DNA of 64,000 bases from Steroidobacteraceae bacterium (GTDB lineage Bacteria; Pseudomonadota; Gammaproteobacteria; Steroidobacterales; Steroidobacteraceae): NCBI GenBank assembly GCA_044866955.1, contig JBIOUH010000106.1, forward strand, positions 22,395 to 86,394. The letters are read 5' to 3'. The translations under genes were made by a program, and so were the position numbers. The notes below the pieces were generated by a model. That model was not told the DNA's origin and ran no database searches. It saw only the letters and a program-made list of their open reading frames with translations. This document shows positions 1 to 8,876 of the stretch, piece after piece (within the stretch, counting starts at the first letter, position 1; each line of letters begins with the position of its first letter).

Positions 1-1209
1 CGCAGCAATCTGACCAAACCCGTGAAGCTGTACGCACAGCTGGCTATTCAGGCGGCGCGCGGCGGCGACGATCTCTACCAGTCGAGCCTGATGACGCTGG
101 CGGATGAGCTTTCGCCAGCCGAGCGCAAACGCCTGGTGAAGGCGCGCGACAACGCGCTCAAGGCGCTGCACGACTTTGCGGACTGGCTCGATGCCGGCCT
201 TGCGCGCATGCCGGATTGGACGCCGCTCGGCGAACAGACCTACAACCATCTGCTGAAGCGTGTGCTGTTGCTGCCATTCGATGCGCGCGATGTCGCGACG
301 CTCGGCGAGATCGAGCTCGGCCGCTACCGCGCGCTCGAAGCCATGTTGAAGGATCCGAAGCTTGCTTCGCCGGATCCCGCGCGCGCCAGACACGTGCCCA
401 AGGATCAGGCCGAGTTCCTCGCCGCGTATGAAGCCCGACAGCAGGAGATCGTCGAGTTCCTGCAGAAGAATCGGCTGCTGACGATCCCCTCGTACATGGG
501 CGCGTTCAAGATCCGCCAGCTCCCGGAAGCGTTCAAGCCGACCAGTCCCGGCGGCTTCATGAATCCGCCCGGGATCTACGATCAGGATCCGGTCGGCTTC
601 TTCTACATTCCCACCTACAACCCGAAGAGCGGCAACTTCTATATCCGCGCGGCGATCGAGGACCCGCGGCCGATCCTCGGCCACGAGGGCATTCCCGGCC
701 ACTTCCTGCAGATCTCCATCGCCAATCACGTCGCGAGCGAGATCCGCCGCCAGCACCAGGACTCGGTGTTCGCGGAAGGCTGGGCGCTCTACACGGAAGA
801 GATGCTGACGCGCGAAGGGCTGTATCCGGACGACTCGGCCGCGTATGGACAGGTGCTGCGGCTCAGCCGCTATCGCGCCGCGCGCATCGGCGTCGATGTC
901 AACCTGCACACCGGCCGCTGGACGTTCGAGCAGGCGGTGATTTACTTCATGGAAGGCGGCGGTCTCGATCGGGAAGCCGCCGAAGGCGAAGCGGCCGGCG
1001 CCGCATCGAGCCCTTCGCAAAAGATCTCGTACATCACGGGCAAGTGGCAGATCATGCGGCTGCTCGGCAAGTACAAAGATACTCAGGCGGACGCCTTCCG
1101 CCTCGGTGCTTTCCACGATCAGCTGCTCGGCTACGGAACTTTGCCGCTGTCCGTCGTCGAATTGCTCATGTTCGACGACGACGCGTCGCTGCGCAAAGCG
1201 CTGCAGTAG
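1..1209 (+). CDS. DUF885 family protein (putative metallopeptidase), 5'-truncated by window edge
   Basis: Frame is open from base 1. Contains HEGIPGH, FAEGWALYTE, RAARIGVDVNLH and the C-terminal FHDQLL..GTLPL typical of DUF885. Confidence 0.85.
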   Translation, partial: RSNLTKPVKLYAQLAIQAARGGDDLYQSSLMTLADELSPAERKRLVKARDNALKALHDFADWLDAGLARMPDWTPLGEQTYNHLLKRVLLLPFDARDVATLGEIELGRYRALEAMLKDPKLASPDPARARHVPKDQAEFLAAYEARQQEIVEFLQKNRLLTIPSYMGAFKIRQLPEAFKPTSPGGFMNPPGIYDQDPVGFFYIPTYNPKSGNFYIRAAIEDPRPILGHEGIPGHFLQISIANHVASEIRRQHQDSVFAEGWALYTEEMLTREGLYPDDSAAYGQVLRLSRYRAARIGVDVNLHTGRWTFEQAVIYFMEGGGLDREAAEGEAAGAASSPSQKISYITGKWQIMRLLGKYKDTQADAFRLGAFHDQLLGYGTLPLSVVELLMFDDDASLRKALQ

Positions 1210-1308
1210 CGCCGACTCGTCGAGCGCAATGGAGGCGGGGCGAGCCGCGACGCCCGTAACCCGCCGTGCGTGCCTGAACGTTGATAGCAAGAAGAATCAG
1301 GAGTTCGC

Positions 1309-4300
1309 ATGCGCCGCTCAGCATTGGCCCTGCTTGCCTTCGTCCTCTGCTATTCGCTCACTGCTTCCGCCCAACAGACCTCGATTCCCCCCGACCTGAA
1401 GCCGTGGGAGCCCTGGGTGATGTACGGCGAGGAATTTCGCCGCTGCCCGCTGCGCAACGGCGCCGCCGGCGACGAAGCCAGCGCTTTCATCTGCGCCTGG
1501 CCCGGGCGCATGCGCGTTGCAGTGTCATCGGGCGGCGGCGAATTTCGTCAGGGTTGGCGCATCTATGCCGACGGCTGGATCGCGCTCCCCGGCGATGGTG
1601 AGCACTGGCCCGAGAACGTACGCGTCGACGGCACCCCTGCGCCCGCGATCGAGCGCGGCGGCGCGCCGCAAATCCGGCTCAGCGCGGGCGAGCACACGAT
1701 CAGCGGCAGCTTCACGTGGGTGCGCCGGCCGGAGTCGCTGCAGATTGCGCCGACCACGGCGCTGGTCGACCTGAGCATCGATGGGCGTGAGATCGCGCCG
1801 GTCGAGTTGCGCGACGGACGGTTGTGGCTCGGCGCGGTGCGCACGGTCACGGTGCCGCGGGCGCTGCAGGTGCAGGTCTATCGTCTGCTAGAAGACGGCA
1901 TTCCGTTGAATCTCGTCACGCGACTGCAGCTCAAGGTCTCCGGCGACGCGCGAGAAGAGCTCCTGGCGCGCGTGTTGCCGGACGGCTTCGTGCCGACTGC
2001 GACGTCCGGCGAGCTGCCGATGAGGTTCGAGCCCGACGGCCGGCTGCGCGTCCAGGTGCGCTCGGGCGAGCATCTGTTGACGATCGTTGCGCGCGCTGCG
2101 CCTGCGGCCGATGCAATCGCAGTCCCGCAAGGCGAGGGTCCGTGGGGCGACGAGGAAGTCTGGAGTTATCGCAGCGACGACCGGCTGCGCATCACCGCGC
2201 TGGAAGGCGCGCCGCCGATCGATCCGATCCAGGCCGGCGTGCCCGAAGACTGGCGCGGCATGTCTGCGTTCCGCTTGCAGCGCGGAGCGAGCGTGACGAT
2301 CGCCGAGCGCAGCCGCGGTCTGAGCAGCGCTGACGCGCATCGGCTCACGCTCGAACGGCAGCTGTGGCTGACGTTCGATCATGACGACTTCATCGCCTCC
2401 GATCACATCGTCGGCACGATGCAGCAGGGGTGGCGCCTCGACATGCTCTCGCCGTATCGGCTGCTCAATGCGCGGCGCGCCGAAGAGCTGATGCTCATCA
2501 CGGATGGCGCGGACGGTCGCACCGGCGTCGAGGTTCGCAACGCGAACGTCGACCTCACGACGCTGGCGCGTGTGCCGCGCGATCGTGCACGTGCGGCGAC
2601 CGGATGGGATGCGCGCTTCGACAACGTGCGCACGCTCCTGCATCTGCCGCCGGGCCACCGGCTGCTCGCTGCCTGGGGCGCCGACGACGCGTCCGGCGCG
2701 TGGGTGAACCAATGGCGTCTGCTCGATCTGTTCCTGCTGATGCTCGCTGCCGCCGCGGCGTATCGCTTGCTCGGCTGGAGCGGCGCCGTGCTGGCTGCTG
2801 CCGTCATCGTGCTCACGCATCAGGAATCGGGCGCGCCCGGCTGGTTGTGGATCAACCTGTTCGTCGTGATTGCGCTGCTGCGCTTCGTGCCAGAAGGGCG
2901 GCTGCGCACGTGGGTACGCAGATATCAGTTCGTTTCCCTGTTCGCGGTCGCGGTGGTGCTGATCGCATTCGGTGCGGAACAGTGGCGATTCGCGCTGCAT
3001 CCGCAGTTGACGCGCGACGACTTCAGCGTCGGCGGCGTCGCCTTCGGGCTTCAGCAAGACGGGTTGAGCCCGCAACTTACCACCTTTCGGCCCGAGGAGG
3101 TGGCGCAGCAGCCAGCCGGCGATGCCAGTGCAGCCATAGAAGTGCAAAGCATGCGCGGGCCTGTCTCGCCGCCGGCAGTGGCTCTGCCGTCCGTGCAAGA
3201 GGCGCCTAAGCGGCTCGATCGCTATGCGCCCGACGCGATGTTGCAGACCGGTCCGGGCATTCCGAACTGGGCCTATCTCACGTATCAACTGGAATGGAGC
3301 GGCCCGGTCGACGAGAAACAGACCGTGCGCCTGACGATCGTGCCGCCGCTTCTGTTGTCGATCTGGCGAATCGTCGGTGTGCTCTGCGCTGCTGCATTGC
3401 TGCTTGCATTGGTCCGGCTCGCCTACGGCATGCCGACGAACTGGCGCCTGCCGCCCTGGCGAGGCACTGCGGCCGCGGGACTGTTGCTCGCAATGTCTGC
3501 AAGCGCTTTCGCACCGCCCGCGCATGCACAGGCACCTGATGCGTCAGTGCTCGGCGAATTGAAGAAGCGCCTCAGCGAGCCCGCGAAGTGCGTACCGAAT
3601 TGCGTCGAAGCCGTGATGGCGACGGTGATAGTCAACGGCGACCGGCTGGACGTGCAGATGGAAGTGCACGCGCAAGCGAGCGTCGTGCTCGGCATCCCGC
3701 AGGCAGGGCCGCAATGGATCATCGAGCGCGTCAGCATCGACGATCGCGCAGCAGACGCGATCGCCCGCACCGAAGAGCAATTGCGATTGCCCGTCGCGCC
3801 CGGTGTCCATCGGATCAACATCGCGGGACGCATCGCGCAGGCTTACGAGCTTGCGCTGGAGTTCCCGACTGTGCCGCGCCGGATCGCGGTGCGCGCCGAG
3901 GGTTGGGATGCTGCGGGGGTCAGCGAGGGTCGTCTGCTCAACACTTCGTTGCAGTTGACGCGTCGTACGACTGCGGGAGCCCCGGAACGAATGGCGGGTT
4001 CGCAGCGCTTCGCGCCGTTCGTGCGGATTCAGCGACGCGCCTATCTCGGACTCGATTGGACGGTGACCACGACGGTCCAGCGCCTTGCGCCGGCAGAGGG
4101 CGCATTCACGTTGCGCCTGCCGCTGCTGCCGGGCGAATCCGTGCTCACGCCGGGCTTGCAGGTCAGCGACGCCGGCGTGCTGATGTCGATGCCGTCGGGC
4201 GAGAGCAGCGTGACCTGGGAGTCGGCGCTCGAGCGAGTGGACAAGTTGCAGTGGAGCGCCGCGGCGAGTGATCAGCCGTGGGTGGAGCAGTGGGAGGTCG

Positions 4301-5343
4301 TCGTCAGTCCGACCTGGCACGCCGAGTTCGCCGGCACGCCGGCAATCCTGCCAACGGAGGCTGCGGGTGGACTGTGGATCAATCAGTTCCTGCCGCGGCC
4401 GGGCGAGACGCTCGACCTCACGGTGGTGCGGCCCGCGGCGAGCGCGGGCGACACCGTCGCAGTCGATAGCGTCGCCGTCACGACGCAGTTCGGCGAGCGT
4501 GTCGCCGATACGACATTGAGCTTCTCCTATCGCAGCAGCCGGGGCGGTCGGCACGACCTGAAGCTGCCGCAAGACGCCCAGGTGAAGAGCGTCATCACGG
4601 ATGGACAGACGGTGCCGCTGCGTCCAGTTGACGGTGTGTTGCCGCTGACGCTGACGCCCGGCCAGCATCAAGTGATCGTGCAGTTCAGTCGCGGCGACGG
4701 CGTCGCTCTCGTGAGCGGCTCGCCGGCGATCGATCTGGGGGTCGAGGGTACGAACGTGCACACGGCTCTCCAGCTGCCGCGCAATCGCTGGATCCTGTTC
4801 GCCTGGGGCCGCGGAGTCGGCCCCGCGATTCTCTACTGGGGCGAGCTGGTGGTGTTCATCGTCATCGCGCTCGCGCTCGGCAGAGTGCACCGCACGCCGC
4901 TGCGCACGCAGGACTGGCTGCTGCTCGGACTGGGACTGAGCACGTTCTCGTGGTGGGTGCTGTTCGTGTTCGGTGCATGGCTGTTCGTGCTCGACCGTCG
5001 CCCCGGGATCCGCATCGAGCAGCGCTGGCGATTCAACACGGCGCAAGTGCTGCTGGCTGTCTTCTCGGTGGCGGCGCTCGGCATCCTGGTCAGCGCGATT
5101 CCTTACGGGCTGCTCGGCGAGCCGGACATGGGTGTGATCGGCGGCAGCTCCGGTCACCTGCCGTGGTTCATGGATCGCACGGCGCCGCAGTTGCCGCAGC
5201 CGTTCGTCATTTCGGTGTCGATCTGGTTCTACAAGCTCGCGATGCTGCTGTGGGCGTTGTGGCTGTCGTTCGCTCTGCTGCGCTGGTTGCCGTGGGCATG
5301 GCGACAGTATGTGAGCGAAGGAATGTGGAGAGGAAAGAGCTGA
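1309..5343 (+). CDS. Large hypothetical membrane protein (1344 aa) with an internal two-fold duplication
   Basis: AGGAG RBS upstream, N-terminal signal peptide, two hydrophobic helix clusters, coding-type GC3 bias. Confidence 0.85.
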   Translation: MRRSALALLAFVLCYSLTASAQQTSIPPDLKPWEPWVMYGEEFRRCPLRNGAAGDEASAFICAWPGRMRVAVSSGGGEFRQGWRIYADGWIALPGDGEHWPENVRVDGTPAPAIERGGAPQIRLSAGEHTISGSFTWVRRPESLQIAPTTALVDLSIDGREIAPVELRDGRLWLGAVRTVTVPRALQVQVYRLLEDGIPLNLVTRLQLKVSGDAREELLARVLPDGFVPTATSGELPMRFEPDGRLRVQVRSGEHLLTIVARAAPAADAIAVPQGEGPWGDEEVWSYRSDDRLRITALEGAPPIDPIQAGVPEDWRGMSAFRLQRGASVTIAERSRGLSSADAHRLTLERQLWLTFDHDDFIASDHIVGTMQQGWRLDMLSPYRLLNARRAEELMLITDGADGRTGVEVRNANVDLTTLARVPRDRARAATGWDARFDNVRTLLHLPPGHRLLAAWGADDASGAWVNQWRLLDLFLLMLAAAAAYRLLGWSGAVLAAAVIVLTHQESGAPGWLWINLFVVIALLRFVPEGRLRTWVRRYQFVSLFAVAVVLIAFGAEQWRFALHPQLTRDDFSVGGVAFGLQQDGLSPQLTTFRPEEVAQQPAGDASAAIEVQSMRGPVSPPAVALPSVQEAPKRLDRYAPDAMLQTGPGIPNWAYLTYQLEWSGPVDEKQTVRLTIVPPLLLSIWRIVGVLCAAALLLALVRLAYGMPTNWRLPPWRGTAAAGLLLAMSASAFAPPAHAQAPDASVLGELKKRLSEPAKCVPNCVEAVMATVIVNGDRLDVQMEVHAQASVVLGIPQAGPQWIIERVSIDDRAADAIARTEEQLRLPVAPGVHRINIAGRIAQAYELALEFPTVPRRIAVRAEGWDAAGVSEGRLLNTSLQLTRRTTAGAPERMAGSQRFAPFVRIQRRAYLGLDWTVTTTVQRLAPAEGAFTLRLPLLPGESVLTPGLQVSDAGVLMSMPSGESSVTWESALERVDKLQWSAAASDQPWVEQWEVVVSPTWHAEFAGTPAILPTEAAGGLWINQFLPRPGETLDLTVVRPAASAGDTVAVDSVAVTTQFGERVADTTLSFSYRSSRGGRHDLKLPQDAQVKSVITDGQTVPLRPVDGVLPLTLTPGQHQVIVQFSRGDGVALVSGSPAIDLGVEGTNVHTALQLPRNRWILFAWGRGVGPAILYWGELVVFIVIALALGRVHRTPLRTQDWLLLGLGLSTFSWWVLFVFGAWLFVLDRRPGIRIEQRWRFNTAQVLLAVFSVAALGILVSAIPYGLLGEPDMGVIGGSSGHLPWFMDRTAPQLPQPFVISVSIWFYKLAMLLWALWLSFALLRWLPWAWRQYVSEGMWRGKS

Positions 5344-5352
5344 TAGGATTGC

Positions 5353-5375
5353 GCTCCTTCACTGCCGGAAGGAGC
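5353..5375 (+). promoter_or_regulatory. Hairpin sequestering the Shine-Dalgarno of the CocE/NonD gene
   Basis: GCTCCTTC (5353-5360) pairs perfectly with GAAGGAGC (5368-5375), which contains AAGGAG just upstream of GTG 5380. Confidence 0.45.
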
Positions 5376-5379
5376 CTTC

Positions 5380-7314
5380 GTGAAAGCACTGCCCTTTCGC
5401 AACCTGTGCATCGTTGCGACATTCTTCTGCGGCGTGGCGCTCGGCGCGCAGGCCGATGAGAAAACCACCTCGCTGCCGAGCGAGACGCCGGCGAAGTTCA
5501 CGCCGACCAACGTCGACTTCGACTACGTCAAGCGCGAAGAAATGGTGCCGATGCGCGACGGCGTGAAGCTCAAGACCTTCATCCTGATTCCGAAGGGCGC
5601 GCAGAACGCGCCGATCCTGCTGAATCGCACGCCGTACGACGCAGGCAATCGCGTGCTGCGCTCGAACAGCCCGCACCTGATCGCGGCCGTGCCGCAGATG
5701 GATGACACGGCGGTGCAGGCCGGCTACATCATCGTGTTCCAGGACGTGCGCGGGAAATACGGCTCCGAGGGCGACTACGTCATGACGCGCGCGCTGCGCG
5801 GTCCGGCGAATCCGACCGAAGTCGATCACGCGACCGATTGCTACGACACGATCGAGTGGCTGGTGAAGAACGTGCCCGAATCGAACGGCCGCGTCGGCAC
5901 GCTCGGCGGCTCCTACGAGGGCTACACGACCGTCATGTCGACGGTGCGGCCGCATCCGGCGCTGAAAGTCGCCGTGCCGTTCGCGCCGATGGTCGACGGC
6001 TGGATGGGCGACGACTGGTTCCACAACGGTGCATTCCGCCAGCTCGGCTCGCTCGAGTACACGTACGATCAGGAAGCGACGCGCAAAGGCGACGAGAAGT
6101 GGTGGTACGGCGAATACGACGCCTACGACACGTTCCTGCGCGCGGGCTCGGCGGGCGCGCTCGCCAAGGCGCGCGGTCTCGATCAGCTCGGCTTCTGGCG
6201 CGCACTCGTCGAGCACACGAGCTACGACTGGTGGTGGCAGGCGCAGGCGGTCGACAAGTTGTTCGCGAAAGAGCCGCTCACCGTGCCGATGATGATCGTC
6301 TCGGGCCTGTTCGATCAGGAAGACATCTACGGCGGCCCCGCGCTGTTCAGGGCGCTGGCGTCGAAAGATCCGAACGGCGAGAAGCTGCACCTGGTGCTCG
6401 GGCCGTGGAATCACGGTCAGGGCCGGCGCGAAGGCCGCGCGCTCGCCGCGATCCAGTTCGAAGGCGACACTGCGGGTTGGTTCCGTCGCAGCGTGATGCA
6501 GCCGTTCCTCGATCACTATCTGAACGACGCGCCGAAGCCGGCGACACCGCGCGTGCTCGTGTACGAGACCGGCGCGAACGAGTGGCGCAAGTACGATAAT
6601 TGGCCGCAGGTGTGCGGCGAGGGCTGCGCGAAGAAGTCGCGCTCGCTGTATCTGCTGCCCGGCGGCAAGCTCGGCTTCGACGCGCCGGCAGCGGGCGCGG
6701 AGCGCTACGATGAATACGTCTCCGATCCGGCGAAGCCGGTGACGTATCGCGTGCGTCCGACGCTGGCGCAAGGCGCCGAGAACTCGGGGTGGGGCGACTG
6801 GCTGGTCGACGATCAGCGCTTCGCGGCTTCGCGCACCGACGTGCTCGTGTATCAGACCGAGCCGCTGCGCGAGCCCGTGCGCCTGGCCGGCGAGCCGATC
6901 GCAAAGCTGTTCGCGTCGACCAGCGGCACCGACTCCGACTGGGTCGTGAAGATCATCGACGTGTGGCCGGACGAAGTGCAGGAGCGGCCGACGATGGGAG
7001 GCTATCAGCAGATGCTGTCGGCGGATATCTTCCGCGGCCGCTATCGCACCGACTTCTCCAGGCCGCAGCCGCTCACGCCGAACAAGGCTCTGGAGTACCG
7101 CATCCGCCTGCCGAACGCGAGCCACACGTTCCTGCCGGGCCATCGCATCATGGTGCAGATCCAGTCCAGCTGGTTCCCGCTCTACGATCGCAACCCGCAG
7201 ACCTTCGTACCGAACATCATGTTCGCGGACCCCAGGACCTACGTGAAGGCGACCCAGCGCGTGTGGCATACGTCGCAGACGGCCAGCGCGATCGAGCTGC
7301 CGGTGGTGGAGTAA
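5380..7314 (+). CDS. CocE/NonD family hydrolase (alpha-amino acid ester hydrolase / glutaryl-7-ACA acylase-like)
   Basis: Signal peptide; MRDGVKL, RTPY, QDVRGKYGSEG, nucleophile motif GGSYEG, GDDWFHNGAFR, GPWNH, SSWFPLYDRNPQ. Confidence 0.92.
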   Translation: MKALPFRNLCIVATFFCGVALGAQADEKTTSLPSETPAKFTPTNVDFDYVKREEMVPMRDGVKLKTFILIPKGAQNAPILLNRTPYDAGNRVLRSNSPHLIAAVPQMDDTAVQAGYIIVFQDVRGKYGSEGDYVMTRALRGPANPTEVDHATDCYDTIEWLVKNVPESNGRVGTLGGSYEGYTTVMSTVRPHPALKVAVPFAPMVDGWMGDDWFHNGAFRQLGSLEYTYDQEATRKGDEKWWYGEYDAYDTFLRAGSAGALAKARGLDQLGFWRALVEHTSYDWWWQAQAVDKLFAKEPLTVPMMIVSGLFDQEDIYGGPALFRALASKDPNGEKLHLVLGPWNHGQGRREGRALAAIQFEGDTAGWFRRSVMQPFLDHYLNDAPKPATPRVLVYETGANEWRKYDNWPQVCGEGCAKKSRSLYLLPGGKLGFDAPAAGAERYDEYVSDPAKPVTYRVRPTLAQGAENSGWGDWLVDDQRFAASRTDVLVYQTEPLREPVRLAGEPIAKLFASTSGTDSDWVVKIIDVWPDEVQERPTMGGYQQMLSADIFRGRYRTDFSRPQPLTPNKALEYRIRLPNASHTFLPGHRIMVQIQSSWFPLYDRNPQTFVPNIMFADPRTYVKATQRVWHTSQTASAIELPVVE

Positions 7315-7385
7315 AGAACTGTGAAGCGACACAGGGCAGATTCGTCCTAGTCCTGCCGGTGTCACCTGTGTCACCTTCGTCGTCT

Positions 7386-8876
7386 ATGTCACCCGAACAC
7401 TTCGACGTTGTCATCGTCGGCGCCGGCATTTCCGGTATCGGCGCCGGTTGCCACCTGCAGCAGGAATGCCCGGGGAAACGCTACGCGATCCTCGAAGGGC
7501 GCGCCGACCTGGGCGGCACCTGGGACCTGTTCCGCTATCCGGGCATCCGCTCGGATTCGGATATGTACACGCTCGGTTACTCGTTCCGGCCGTGGACACA
7601 CGCGAAGGCGATCGCCGACGGGCCGGCGATCCTCGACTATCTCCGGGAAACCGCGCACACGTACGGCATCGAAAAGCACATCCGCTTCCACCATCTGGTG
7701 AAGCGCGCAGCGTGGTCTTCGCAGGACGCGCGCTGGACGGTCGATGCCGAGCGCGGCCCGGATCGCGAGCCGGTGCGCTTCACGTGCAACTTCCTGTTCA
7801 TGTGCAGCGGCTACTACAACTACAACGAAGGCTACACGCCGCAGTTCGCGGGCACCGAGCGCTTCGCGGGTCGCATCGTGCATCCGCAGAAGTGGACCTC
7901 CGACATCGATTACGCGAACAAGCGCGTCGTCGTGATCGGCAGCGGCGCGACTGCGGTGACGATCGTTCCCGAAATGTCGAAGACCGCCGCGCGCGTGACC
8001 ATGCTGCAACGCTCGCCGACGTACGTGATCTCGTTGCCCGCCGAGGACTTCATTGCCAACAACCTGCGGCGCGTGCTGCCGGTGAAGCTCGCGTACCTGC
8101 TGACGCGCTGGAAGAACGTGCTGTTCGGCATGCTGTTCTTCCAGCTGAGCCGGCGCCGGCCCGAAATGATCAAGAAGCTGATCTTCAACGGCGTGCGCAA
8201 GGCGCTCGGTCCCGATTACGACGTCGACACGCATTTCACGCCGCGCTACAACCCGTGGGATCAGCGCCTGTGCCTGGTGCCGAACGGCGATCTGTTCGAC
8301 GCCATCAAGGCGGGCCGCGTCGACGTGGTCACCGACCGCATCGAGACCTTCACCGAAAAGGGCCTCAAGCTCGCATCCGGCCGCGAGCTCGAAGCAGACC
8401 TGATCGTCACTGCGACCGGACTCAACCTGCAGCTGCTCGGCGGCACGCAGGTGAGCGTCGATGGCCGGGAGGTCGATCTCGCGCAGACGCTCAACTACAA
8501 AGGCATGATGTTCAGCGACGTGCCGAACATGGCGTCCTCGTTCGGCTATACCAACGCGTCCTGGACGCTGAAGTGCGACCTGACCTGCGAATACATCTGC
8601 CGCCTGCTGAATCACATGGATGCGCACGGCTACCGGCAATGCACGCCGCGCCAGGTCGATCCGGCGCTGAGCGTGGAGCCGTGGATCGATTTCTCGTCGG
8701 GATACGTGCAGCGCGCGTTGCACAAGCTGCCGAAGCAGGGCTCGCGCCTGCCGTGGAAGCTGCATCAGAACTACGCGTTCGACATCATGATGCTGCGCTA
8801 TGGCCGCGTCGACGACGGCGTGATGGAATTCGTCGGAGCGCCGGCTACTGCGACGCCACTGGCTGCGGCGTCCTGA
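7386..8876 (+). CDS. Flavin-containing (Baeyer-Villiger type, EthA-like) monooxygenase
   Basis: Two Rossmann motifs (VGAGISG, IGSGATA), GGTWDLFRYPGIRSDSD, FAGRIVHPQKW, QRSPTY. Start moved from the ORF-track 6789 to ATG 7386. Confidence 0.92.
   Translation: MSPEHFDVVIVGAGISGIGAGCHLQQECPGKRYAILEGRADLGGTWDLFRYPGIRSDSDMYTLGYSFRPWTHAKAIADGPAILDYLRETAHTYGIEKHIRFHHLVKRAAWSSQDARWTVDAERGPDREPVRFTCNFLFMCSGYYNYNEGYTPQFAGTERFAGRIVHPQKWTSDIDYANKRVVVIGSGATAVTIVPEMSKTAARVTMLQRSPTYVISLPAEDFIANNLRRVLPVKLAYLLTRWKNVLFGMLFFQLSRRRPEMIKKLIFNGVRKALGPDYDVDTHFTPRYNPWDQRLCLVPNGDLFDAIKAGRVDVVTDRIETFTEKGLKLASGRELEADLIVTATGLNLQLLGGTQVSVDGREVDLAQTLNYKGMMFSDVPNMASSFGYTNASWTLKCDLTCEYICRLLNHMDAHGYRQCTPRQVDPALSVEPWIDFSSGYVQRALHKLPKQGSRLPWKLHQNYAFDIMMLRYGRVDDGVMEFVGAPATATPLAAAS

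Noticed and set aside
6789-7385. 200-aa N-terminal extension of the monooxygenase ORF
   Set aside because: It overlaps the CocE gene out of frame; homology starts at ATG 7386.
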